NCBI GenBank assembly: GCA_040954595.2
Contig: CM082576.2
Span: forward strand, 15,237,028 to 15,301,027
Source: Balanoglossus misakiensis
Lineage: Eukaryota; Animalia; Hemichordata
Direction: 5' to 3'
DNA: 64,000 nt
Shown here: positions 23,272-34,723 of the stretch, one piece after another
How positions within the stretch are numbered: the stretch's first letter is position 1
How the letters are laid out: the number at the start of each line of letters is the position of its first letter
Program-made: the position numbers and the translations under genes
Notes under the pieces: generated by a model
Seen by the model: the letters and a program-made list of their open reading frames with translations, nothing else
Told to the model about the DNA's origin: nothing
The model's database searches: none

Positions 23272-25074
23272 ATGCAAACTGAGGCCGTCGAAGCAAATAA
23301 TGAACAGCGTCCAGCTGGTCCACCTACTCGACCCATCAGAGATTCAACTCAGAGCCAAATGAATCGTCGCAGGGGGACCTACCCGTCCGACAGCAGTGAA
23401 TGCATGAGACAACGAAATTTGAAAAGGAAGCTGCAGCCATCGAAAAACCGTGGTAAACTAACATTTTACTATGAAACCGAAGATGATAAATGTACGTTGT
23501 TTAATAAACTTGACCGGGTGAAAATGATGATAGGTGGCAACACCACTGTATCATCGACGTACGAAGCTCTTTGCACGGTTTTGGATGACTTTATCCTGAC
23601 AAATTTAGATCGTCAACCTAACGATGTAGATCTTGAACTTGCCGATCAACAACCTATGAACGGTTCGGATTTTGCTTTTTCCACAATGGAAGATAGTTTG
23701 CAGTTAGGGTCCGGTGAGGAAATGTTTGTTTGCACGACAAAGGCTCTACAGAAATTGGCAGATACAGTGGTTGAGCATCGTGGTAGATGTCCAGCGTCGT
23801 CAATGAAGATAGACAAATTTGATAAATTTGGACATGTGTTACGTGCAACTCTGGTATGCTCCCAGAACAGTTCACATATCGCACGCTGGAAATCCTCTGA
23901 TTACATTGAAGGGGGTCTCTTTCTCGCAAACGTGCGCATAGCCCATGGGTATTTTTCGTCTGGATTGTTGCCAAATATGTATTCTAAATTTTGTAAAGAG
24001 GCCAGTATTGGAGAGATCGGGGAAAAAACATTGCATGTATTGCAAAAATCTTATGCTGGGGTGGTAAGCAGTCTGTCTAAGGAGTCACAAGAAACAGCAT
24101 TGCAGGAGGAAATGGCCGCTACAGCATTTGTGTCTGAGGAAAACGAACCACTGCGAGATGGTATCGGAATCATCAGTGATGCTCGTCACTGCTGGCGAAA
24201 AAACGCTCGATTTTCAGACATCGTTTGTCTCGGATTTCATACACACAAAGTTATCCGCGTTGAAATTCTAAGCAAGGCCGATGACCCTTGTAGTCAAAGG
24301 CATGAACTTGCAGGTGTGAAGCGCATGTACGATTACTTTGAAAATGAGTGCGCTATAAAAGTACACGTACACGATAATAACGCCAGCGTCAATAAATACG
24401 TAAGAGAAGAACACCCAAACACGATAAACAGTAAAGACACGTGGCATGTGACAAAGGGTATTGCTAAGGAAGCTAAAAAAATCGGCCACGGGGCAAAATA
24501 TAGAGAAAATAAAAGTTGGCACTCCGAATTATCAGACAAGGCTGCGTCAATCAAAACGCATATTTATTGGTCGATGAAAACTTGTAATGGGGATGCGGCG
24601 TTACTAAGACGGCGTATTGACACCATTCTGCTTCACTATCAGGGCAAACATGCCGACTGCCACCCAGACTCTCGTTGCAAGACTGATGTTAATTATGAGC
24701 CCACGAAAAACCCCATAACTGATCCCGTAGCAGAAAAAATGCTTATTGACTTTTTACATAGTTTACCCGTGTACAAAGACGCCGAGAGCTATAGTCACTG
24801 TCATGATACGCACTACGTTGAGTCATTCAACAACGCACTATTGCAATACCACGATAAACGCATCGTCTTTGGTCGACAAGCGTACGAACTGAGAACGAAT
24901 CTAGCGATACTCGACTGGAATGAAAGTGTCGATCGGCCGGTTACATCGTCACGGCTAGTTGTTGATGCTACAAATCCAAGGCGGCAATCAGCTGAGCCCG
25001 TACGAGTTCGAAAAACGTTCGCATTCAAAACTAAACTGTGGGGAAAATGGTTGGAATTACTGTATGAAAAGTAA
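23272..25074 (+). CDS. Kolobok-type DDE transposase, 600 aa
   Basis: Single long ORF inside the TTAA-flanked element. Motifs ISDARH, HVHD, DTWH, H..G.H..C...S.C and THYVESFN (candidate D-D-E triad). Confidence 0.85.
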   Translation: MQTEAVEANNEQRPAGPPTRPIRDSTQSQMNRRRGTYPSDSSECMRQRNLKRKLQPSKNRGKLTFYYETEDDKCTLFNKLDRVKMMIGGNTTVSSTYEALCTVLDDFILTNLDRQPNDVDLELADQQPMNGSDFAFSTMEDSLQLGSGEEMFVCTTKALQKLADTVVEHRGRCPASSMKIDKFDKFGHVLRATLVCSQNSSHIARWKSSDYIEGGLFLANVRIAHGYFSSGLLPNMYSKFCKEASIGEIGEKTLHVLQKSYAGVVSSLSKESQETALQEEMAATAFVSEENEPLRDGIGIISDARHCWRKNARFSDIVCLGFHTHKVIRVEILSKADDPCSQRHELAGVKRMYDYFENECAIKVHVHDNNASVNKYVREEHPNTINSKDTWHVTKGIAKEAKKIGHGAKYRENKSWHSELSDKAASIKTHIYWSMKTCNGDAALLRRRIDTILLHYQGKHADCHPDSRCKTDVNYEPTKNPITDPVAEKMLIDFLHSLPVYKDAESYSHCHDTHYVESFNNALLQYHDKRIVFGRQAYELRTNLAILDWNESVDRPVTSSRLVVDATNPRRQSAEPVRVRKTFAFKTKLWGKWLELLYEK

Positions 25075-26872
25075 ACACGTGCATATGTTTACATTTTGAG
25101 TGTGTGTTCCATTTCGGAGGTGAGAGGTCAATTGTTGCTGACTTGCTACTTTTTTGCTCACAGAAAGAAACAATATCGTACCATTAGAGTTTAAGCCACG
25201 CCCACATTTTATTGATTTTTTCTCGGTAGGGCCCTACCGAGCGTTCCCCCTTTAAGCTATGTCCATGTCATATTGTGGAATTCTGGTCTGTGCAATAGTC
25301 CTGTACAGTGACTGTCTATTGGTCAGTGAGCACAATGGGGCCAAAATAAAAGGCAAATTTTTGGGCTCACCTGTAACACCTGCTTAATACATTAATTATG
25401 TGCATACCTAATTCCAGGCTAACTAATAGGGCTAGAGGTTTCGTTCTTGTGGGACATGGACCAGTATAGGGTCAAAATTTCTTGCCCAAATTTTGGGTGA
25501 CCTCAGGTGACCTTTGACTTACTTTCCTATATCTCGGCATCCAGAGCAGGCACAGACTTGGCGTTTGGAGGGTTGGGACTAAAATTGAAAAGCCAAAATA
25601 TGGGTCACCTGTGACACCTGCATATCTCATTAATTATGTGCATACCTAATTCCAGGCTATCCAATAGGGCTATAGGTTTGGTTTTTGTTGAACATGGACC
25701 AGTATAGGGCCAAAATTTCATGCCCAAATTTTGCATGACCTCAGGTGACCTTTGACCTACTTTTCCATATCTTGGCATCCAGAGCAGGTACAGACTTGGC
25801 GTTTGGAGGGTTGGGACTAAAATTGAAAAGCCAAAATTGGGGGTCACCTGTGACACCTGCATATCTCATTAATTATGTGCATACCTAATTCCAGGCTAAC
25901 CAATAGGGCTATAGGTTTGGTTTTTGTTGAACATGGACCAGTATAGGGTCAAAATTTCTTGCCCAAATTTTGCATGACCTCAGGTGACCTTTGACCTACT
26001 TTTCTATATCTTGGCATCCAGAGCAGATATGCTTATTGCTATGTTGCTATGTGCTATGTCCTCAAATGGGACCACAGTGTCCTTGACGCTATTTTTATTC
26101 GTCCTAGTACACGAATTAAGTTCTGTATATATTGTACATATTTCAAAGGTCACTGTTCATGTTAATGTAAAGCATTTTGGCACAAAAGGCTGGAGGCCTG
26201 CAGTGCATTCTGAATAAATTATTATTATTATTATAAAATAATCAAGTGCACTATCTCAAAAAAGGAAATTTGAAATGTGCGCGCTGTTGTTTTCGGGCGT
26301 GCTCTACCATGTACGTCGGGTCGGCGTGATATAATAGTCTGGTTCGCTGACCCGTATTGTCGAGGGGTCAGGTTGACCCATTCCCCCTTTCACGACCTTC
26401 ACCGGAGAATACGTCCAGGGCACCAGACTGTGCATGTATTATGACCATTTCTAGCCACGTCAGCAAGCTGAACGGAGTATCTACAAGGCGTCCGAAGCAT
26501 ATGTGACAACAAGGTTAGTACCTTTTAATTAATGATGAACTTTCAATAGCGATCTTTAATTGTTACCAATTCAAATCACATACATATGTACCTTCGGACA
26601 GGTTGGTTTGCCGCATTAATAATGGCACTTCTAGGACTGCAACAAATTAAGGACGATGCGGATTTCACGAACATAGATGTATGAAGTCTTAAGTATTCTT
26701 GTAGTTATTTGGTCTTCAGGACATGAAGTTAATACAAATTGTTGGTCAATGTTTAGTCCACATGCATGCTTCTTCAAGTTCAACTTGCTCTTGGTCAACT
26801 CAACTGGGCTTGTGCCTTACTTTGCCCCCCCCCCAAAAAAAAACAAAAAACAAAAACAAAACGATCCATATC

Positions 26873-28364
26873 TGTAGGGTATACAATTGATACAAAAAAA
26901 CTGGATTATAAAATTCAATTTCAGTAAAGTCCTGCCCCACACCAACGAAATCTACTTGGTAACCTAAATGTTGACATTAATAGTCTTAAAGCCTTGAGAA
27001 TGAATTGTCTTAATGACTTCCATCTGAACACACACAGAGCATAGTCTCAAAGTTTGACAGAGATTTATGAGTTCACCAAAACAAACTTGCTCCATTGGGA
27101 AAACACTGGAATTTGGGCAAGTCTGGAATTTTGGCGGGTTTAAGGAAATGTCTATCATTGACTAACTGTTTGATCTTAAGCTAAATTAATTTATTTATAA
27201 TGAGCACGAATCCTTATATGTTGTTAGAGGAGGTATACCACTATCTGTATTTGGCAAAGAGGTGGCAACAATTATTATAATTGTAGCATGCCGGTTAGTT
27301 TGAGAAGCACATGGAAAACTTTTGTGCAGCGTGCGGCTTGGCTAATATCAGACGTGTGGTCTAGTGCCTCTGTGTGGAAATTTATGTTATATGCATGAAC
27401 TGACAGTAAACTCGTTGTGTTAGAGTCTTAAACTCCTTGGAAATGAGCTGTATTTGAAACCCAGCAATTACAATTGATCCAAAATACATGATGACCTGAA
27501 TTGAACCCATTAACTTTGAACTCTGACAATACTGAACAATGAACACTGAACAATGAACTCAGAACTGAAAATAAACTTGCATGTTTTGATATATTAATAC
27601 TTGCATGTTTTAAATAGTACTATAATGTTTTTTTTTTAAGAATGCATGAATTGATTTTTTATAGCTTCTGATAGGGAAATGTCTGGGACGACATTTATTT
27701 TACAGGGGGAGAGTGTAGGGTATACAATTGATACACAAAAACTGGATTATAAAATTCAATTTCAGTAAAGTCCTGCCCCACACCAACGAAATCTACTTGG
27801 TAACCTAAATGTTGACATTAATAGTCTTAAAGCCTTGAGAATGAATTGTCTTAATGACTTCCATCTGAACACACACAGAGCATAGTCTCAAAGTTTGACA
27901 GAGATTTATGAGTTCACCAAAACAAACTTGCTCCATTGGGAAAACACTGGAATTTGGGCAAGTCTGGAATTTTGGCGGGTTTAAGGAAATGTTCATCATT
28001 GACTAACTGTTTGATCTTAAGCTAAATTAATTGATTTATAATGAGCAAGAATCCTTATGTGTAGTTAGAGGTGGTATACCACTATCTGTATTTGGCAAAG
28101 AGGTGGCAACAATTATTATAATTGTAGCATGGCGGTTAGTTTGAGAAGCACATGGAAAACTTTAGTGCAGCGTGGGGCTTGGCTAATATCAGACGTGTGG
28201 TCTAGTGCCTCTGTGTGGAAATTTATGTTATATGCATGAACTGACAATAAACTCGTTGTGTTAGAGTCTTAAACTCCTTGGAAATTAGAGTACTTCAATA
28301 AACCAAAGGAACCATTCATATATACAACTACGCTCGTCTGGATTACCTATTGAAGAGTGTAACA
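26873..28364 (+). mobile_element. Internally deleted LTR retrotransposon (truncated 5' LTR, PPT and 651-bp 3' LTR)
   Basis: ~570-bp direct repeats starting TGTAGGG at 26873 and 27714. Polypurine tract AGGGGGAGAG immediately before the second copy. The 3' LTR has AATAAA and ends ...TAACA at 28364. 4-bp TSD TATC at 26869-26872 and 28365-28368. Confidence 0.8.
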
Positions 28365-28836
28365 TATCCATGACATCTTGAACCATTTGCTATATTTTAC
28401 TTATTTATTAGCGGGTTGCTTTCTCACAAGGTCATCGTTGAGTTGGTGCTTGAATAGTCTAGTTGTGTTTTAACGTTTAGACATAAATATATTTCGAAGT
28501 ATCGCGTGATTCAAGATGGCTCTCCTCATGGGTCGTTTTGGGCTACTCGAAGCTTCTGGTAGAAGTGGCACTACATGACACTTTCCACTGTCTTTTGTCA
28601 CTGTCAACTGAATTTCCCACTGTCTTCGATCTATTAGTTTACCCCCAAATCCCCTGCCACCTTAGTGTATATCTCTAAAGAAACAGTGCCCATCTGCTAT
28701 TGCCTAGGCTATAGCCCTTTGACTTGTGTTTCCCCTCCATGTACATAATCCTAATAATCATCATTCACACGGGATTCACCCCAACACAAACATTGTGTAG
28801 TCAACGGACCAGGCTATAATGGAATGAATATTTTTT

Positions 28837-30279
28837 TAGGTCCCATTTGTATAGGTATATATACCATGGGACCTTATGGGATAGGTTGCGTCTGTATGTA
28901 TGTATGGATGTATGGATGTATGTATGTATGGATGGATGGATGTATGTCTGTATGTCCGTCCACATCAAAAACTTGAAAACCGCTGCGCGTATCACCTCAA
29001 TATTTGGTGTGTAGATGCAGGCTGGGCTGCAGATGGGAGTTTGTTCAAACGAAGTTGCCAGGCCCAAAAATATGCAAATTAACTTGTAAAATGTGAAATT
29101 TATCAAAACTCTGGTCAGATTGCTTTAAAAATTGGTATGCATGTACCTTATGTCAACCTCACACCGACCTGTAAGTGTTAGGTTAATATCATGAATGTTT
29201 TATTTTTTATGAATTTTTTAGTCTTTTTGAATATTTTAGGTAAAAAATATTTTTTCTGAAAGTGATGGGCTTACTTCTTTGAAATTTAGTATGAAGCTTC
29301 CTAATGGTTGTCTGAGTAACCATAGTTTTGTTCAAATTGTTGCAAAATTTGCATATTTATAATTTTGAGCAATATTTGCCATTTTTGGTCAATTTTTTTC
29401 TTCTTTAAAACCGAAAGCCAGATTGCTTTGCAATTTGGTAGGCATGTTCGTAGGGGTAACCCAAGTAATATGTTGTGAAAAAATGTGATATTTGCATAAA
29501 TGTGTTATCGGGAAAACTTTTGCAACTTTTGTTAAAAATTGTTTTCTCTGAAACCGCTTGTCATATTGCATTGAACTTTGGCAGGCATGTTCCTTGTAGT
29601 GATTGAAGTAAGATATTGTACAATTTGGTGATATTTGCATATTTGTGTTTTTGCCACTTTTGAACAAATATTTTCTGTGAAACTGCTTGTTGGATTGCTT
29701 TGAAATTTGTTTTTTCTCTGATTGCTTTGAAATTTAGGATATAATTACATAACACATACATGTATATGTGCAACTTTTATTCAATTCTGATATCAGAAAT
29801 ATTCAATATTTAGCGATTTTTTTTGTAAGTTTCTTTGTTTTTGGTTAGCAAATCTTCTCCTAAACCAATTGTCCAGTTGTTTTGAAAGTTACTGTTTACA
29901 AGGAGTTGTTACCCCCAACTTAGACATGTTTACATAACTTTAATAGGCCAGCTGTTACAGAGACCACCGGCTATTAAATTTTAATTACCAGTGGCAGGTC
30001 AGTGTGTGTCTGTCTGTCTGTTCCAGGGCTGACTGAAAGAAGTTGCTTCTCATATGTATTTGTACAGACAATTTTTGGTCAATTTTTTTTTCTAGCACCA
30101 CTTTTAAGACTGCCATGACACATGACAGTTTATTGGGCATGTTCTTTGATAATTTTTTTACATTCCATATTTCTATATCGTAAGATCATATCTGCTTGCA
30201 ATGTCACCTGTAATTTTTATTCTGGTGTGTCACTGTTTCCGCATAATTCTCAAATGGGACCACAGTGTCCTTGACGCTA
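28837..30279 (+). mobile_element. HINE/DINE-like element, copy B
   Basis: Same termini and microsatellite as copy A, with a different interior. Confidence 0.7.
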
Positions 30280-30710
30280 TTTTTTCTCTTTTGAATTGTA
30301 AACATCTCACCAAAAAATTAATGGTAAACACCGATTATTCCATTTGGCGAGTTTTTCACTCCCGTGTCTACAAGTGGGATGGAAGTTTTGTGTGGTCGAA
30401 CGTTGATTCACTATATATCCACATGTAGAATAACACAAACGGTGTCTTGTATCAAACATAATAAATGGGAAAATGGCAACGAGAGAGAGACTTTGTCCCT
30501 TTAATAAAACTACGACTTGTGGAATCCTTCAGAAAAAACTATAACTAATGCTATTGTAACTATAATACAAAAGACACACAATACAATACAAAGACACACC
30601 ATAAAGATATTGAATTAAAATAGACTAATGCTGCAGACAGGGGATTCTTTAATATTGTATGATTGTACTCTTGGACGTTCTTCGCATAAAATATTAAGTG
30701 AAAACGTGTA

Positions 30711-33700
30711 TCAGTCCCTTTCTTCAATGGAAGGGTAACCTTTCAACGCAGAAAATGTGTTCGGTAGAGCATTCACAATGCGATCCCTGGCCCCAGACCA
30801 TGCGCCTGGTCCCTGCAGACGGTACCAGTAAGGAACCATTGGACCATACTCAAACATCATTGCTAGCTTAGGATCCTTCAGAAGGAGACTCCAGAAAGAT
30901 GGTTTAACGCCAAGGAATTCAGCTGATTCTTCAATCACTGTCGTAAATGGTAGCTGTGTATAAAATACATAAACAAATAATTCAAAACGGGGTTGATAAT
31001 ATGTTATAAAATTGTATATGATAATGTGATACACCATGCATGATGTAAGACAATTAAAGAGAACAGAGAAAAAATCGCATCAAGGACACGGTGGTCCCAT
31101 TGAGTGATTACACAAGAAAAAGTCTACACCGGAGTACATGGCCATATACAGACAGACAGACACACACACACACACACATAGCGAGAGATCAATGGGCAAA
31201 CACTGAGTGACCCATAAGCTGCCAATGACATATGTACTGTACATACACTAAATAGAACAGCTGGCCTCTTTAAAACTTAGCCAGTTATGTAATCATTCAG
31301 GAATTTGCTGTGTTTATATGAATCACAGAGGGGAGTTCCTGCCTCATTAAAACAACTAAATAAAGTAAATACACACCACTTTGCAAAGCAATCTGACCAG
31401 TAGTTCTTGAGTTTTGCCCAAATTCACATTTTTCCAGCTAATTTGCATAATTTTGGGCCTGGCAACTTCGTTTGAACAAACTCCCATCTACAGCCCTGCC
31501 TGCACCTGCACACCAAATATTGAGGTGATACGCGCAGCGGTTTTCAAGTTTTTGATGTGGACGGACATACAGACATACATCCATCCATCCATACATACAT
31601 AGTACAGACGGACAGACGCAACCCATCCCATAAGGTCCCATGGTATATATACCTATACAAATGGGACCTAAAAACTATATATCATACAGAAGATGTTGTT
31701 TCAGAAATCGTAATTTCCCTTAATCCTAGATACGGTACAGCCTGTGTCTGTGATTTTTTGTCCTTTGGCCGTCCAGTAAACAACAACGACGATATGAAGT
31801 CATTTTACCAAAATCGCACGAATTTTACGTTGTATCATCGAGTGTTAAATACTAAACGCTTACATCATTGGCTTTGTTTCCTGTGATGTTTGTTGGTCTC
31901 TGGTCGATGTCTCGCTGCATTGTTGCTCTATCAGGTAGAACAATTTCCCCTGTAAAAACTCTTGCCGCCAATCTTGCGTGAATTTCAGAAACTGGCCAAT
32001 GTGGCCCTTTGACCGGCACCAAGTTAATTAATGCCAGACGCTTTGGGTTTTCAAGGCGTGCTGGAAATACATACTTGTACAGGACGACGTTGTCTGATTC
32101 ATCTGTAAAGGCAAGTGATGGCAAGTTTACAAGACATTTTAGTAAATGGCTTAAATGTATATTAACTGAGACGACTTAAATATTGATATACCGCCAATTA
32201 GCCAATGACATAATTAAAGGTGACAACTCCATGAAAGTATTAGGTTAGTAAAGTTGACTGCGGCCTTACAATAATTACCATAAATCCACCGTTTGTCGAT
32301 AACAGGTACAACCCACTCATATCCAGTAGCAAAGATGACTGCATCAACATTTTCTAGTGTAGTGCCATCCTTCAGTATGACGTCATTGTTTTGGAACTCT
32401 TTGATTTCCACCACGCGTTTGAGTTGACCTTGTGCAATCCTGTCCTGCATGTCATCACTGATCAACAAGTTCAAACGTGTGGGACCTGGCTCTTTGCTCT
32501 GCAAAAGGTTTAATAATTAAATAAAGCATAATAATAAAGCTACTGCATTTGGCTAGGTCGAGAAAACATGATAATTTGACAAATCATACGTACTCGTAAG
32601 TTTTACTATAGGCCTATTCCATAAAGCAGACACACACACAAACTATTAAAGTAAGGCAGAAAAACCACTGCCATTAGCTTAAACGATTAAGGGGTGACGT
32701 CAAATTTTCAATATCTGATATCAAACTTTAATATTCATAAGTTTGGTACTTAACAACGCATTCTGAAAAATATTCCACTCTTCCTAGAAAAAAAAACACC
32801 CACACAGATATGTACATACCTGAAGACCGAATACAGTCTGATCACTAACTCTGGTTCCGTTACACTTTTGCACAATCGAGAATAGTTTTGACGGCGACTT
32901 CATTACTGATCGTGTCATAAAAGTCATGTCACATGGTACCCCGTCTCGTCCTATGCGAGGAAAGAACGTAACGCCGTGGCGCATACTCAAGTATACCTGG
33001 AATATATATATATTAAGACATGCTCAGCTTGGACAGAGTGCCTAATACATTCATGGTTGCATTTGTTACTGGGAGGAATGTGTTTTCTAGGAAGTTTCTT
33101 TGTTGGTGTTTTGACACCTGTTGGGTATAAAAAATCTGCATATGTGAGGAAGTAAATTTACGAACCTGTCCAGCGTTACGAGCGACTTCAGAGGAAACTT
33201 CAGAACCAGTGAAGGAACCACCTGTAAAAAGAGTGAATCAGTCGTAGTAACATAGGTAGTTTATTCGATCAGTTAATTTGTGATTTTATTGTAAATCCAC
33301 AGGAGAGTGACTCAGCAATAACACTGGGTACTATAGGTAGGACGGCAGGTCGATTCTGTCTTACCTACAACCAAGACTTTCTTCCCTTTGAATTTGCTAC
33401 TTTCCCGATATTCATTCGCATGGATCTTTAATCCCTTGAAGTTTTCTTGACCAGGATAGACAGGGGTATATGCTTTGTTAAAGGCACCAGTACACACCAT
33501 GACGTAATCGAAGGTTTCAACGGAAGCTGTGCCGTCACTGGTCAGCAGATGGAGCCTCCAGTACTCGTTCCCGTCATGCTTTTCAAGTTTGGTCACCTTT
33601 GTATTGAATTTGATGTACTTCTCGAGGTCGAAGTGGGCTGCGTAGTCTTGCAAATATTTAATACAGAGGCGGTGACCAAAATGGGGCGTGTACTCTCGTG

Positions 33701-34723
33701 GAAAAGGGAAATCAGAAAACGAGAACATTTCTTTGCTAACGTTTGTCACAAGTGTGTCGTAGATGGCGCCCCCTTGGTCAGGTCGCAACTCAGACGTGTG
33801 GTACCACAATCCACCTGAAAAGAAAGTCTGTAACATGAGTCATTATAAATGTATTGTCTTGCACTGTCATTAAAGGAAACATGTTTACTGACAGACAGGT
33901 TATCCATTATAAATGTCCAAACGACAAAACTTTGGCACTCACAGGGGATATGGTATCGCATTACTGTAAAATAAAGAATTAGCCTAGTAAGTTAAGAACA
34001 AAAATACATATATATAGCGACTGGTATTGCGAGCATGATTGTTAATGTATTGAGGCGTGTGAAAGGTCTTCATTTGGTCACCGCCATGACAAGCTCAGTG
34101 AGTAACCCCTCCATTATGAAAGTCACTGTTATCATTAGTCTCGGTTACCCAGACTCCTCTGCTTCTTCTGGAGCGCCAACGGAAGAAGCAGAGGGGTCTG
34201 GGTAACCGAGACTATGTTACTATAAGCCAACTGCCAACCTAAGGACTGTGGGTCGTACAATAAATTTCCGTATTTGTACGGTACGCGCAGACGTGCACTG
34301 AGTCCCAATACGGGAGACGTGCTTGGCTATTTGACCTTTCACCTGCCGAATGTAAACACACGATTTTATAGACATGAGAACACTTTTCCCGAAGGCCATC
34401 CATACCACACGCAGAATAGACTCGCCTGCGGCTCGTCCAATACGCGTCTTTCACTACGCCCTCGTCCATACAGGGCTGTATTTTGTGAATAACCCTACAT
34501 TATAGGTCGATTTCAAAGTATACGCAAGAATTTCACTCTAACAACGAGAAGGGGTTCATGTATGGGTCACATGACACACCCCATTTCATCAGACTCGCTT
34601 ACCAAGTTTGTCGTGTCTCTCAAAACAGGTCGGCTCCAGACCATCTTCTTCGAGGCAACTTTTGATTGACACCAGACCAGAAACTCCAGCACCTATGATA
34701 GCCACGCGTTTCTTGGTTGTCAT
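30711..34723 (-). CDS. Flavin-containing monooxygenase (FMO family), 7 exons, about 501 aa
   Basis: Exons 34723-34603, 33814-33365, 33221-33166, 32996-32820, 32498-32279, 32102-31864 and 30953-30711 join in phase. FAD motif [19 protein letters not shown] signature [30 protein letters not shown]. Confidence 0.93.
31075..31670 (-). mobile_element. HINE/DINE-like element, copy C, in the last FMO intron
   Basis: CATCAAGGACACGGTGGTCCCAT ... ATGGGACCTA termini and a CATA/CATC microsatellite. Confidence 0.7.
34136..34214. mobile_element. 79-bp fold-back mini-MITE in FMO intron 1
   Basis: TAGTCTCGGTTACCCAGACTCCTCTGCTTCTTC ... GAAGAAGCAGAGGGGTCTGGGTAACCGAGACTA. Confidence 0.75.

Larger units (their letters stand above)
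21611..25251 (+). mobile_element. Kolobok DNA transposon, apparently intact
   Basis: TTAA TSD at 21607-21610 and 25252-25255. The empty site CTATGG-TTAA-GCTATG is present in the sister repeat at about 48229-48244 (minus strand). Imperfect TIRs AGGCGGAACTCCCG / AGGGGGAACGCTCG. Two divergent ORFs. Confidence 0.85.
21169..26092 (+). mobile_element. Helentron-associated non-autonomous element (HINE/DINE-like), copy A, split by the Kolobok insertion
   Basis: 5' end TAGGTCCCAT...ATGGGACCT inverted repeat followed by (TATG)n. Internal ~240-bp tandem repeats at 25378-26030. 3' end ATGGGACC followed by the GTGTCCTTGACGC hairpin. Both flanks are T-rich. Confidence 0.7.
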
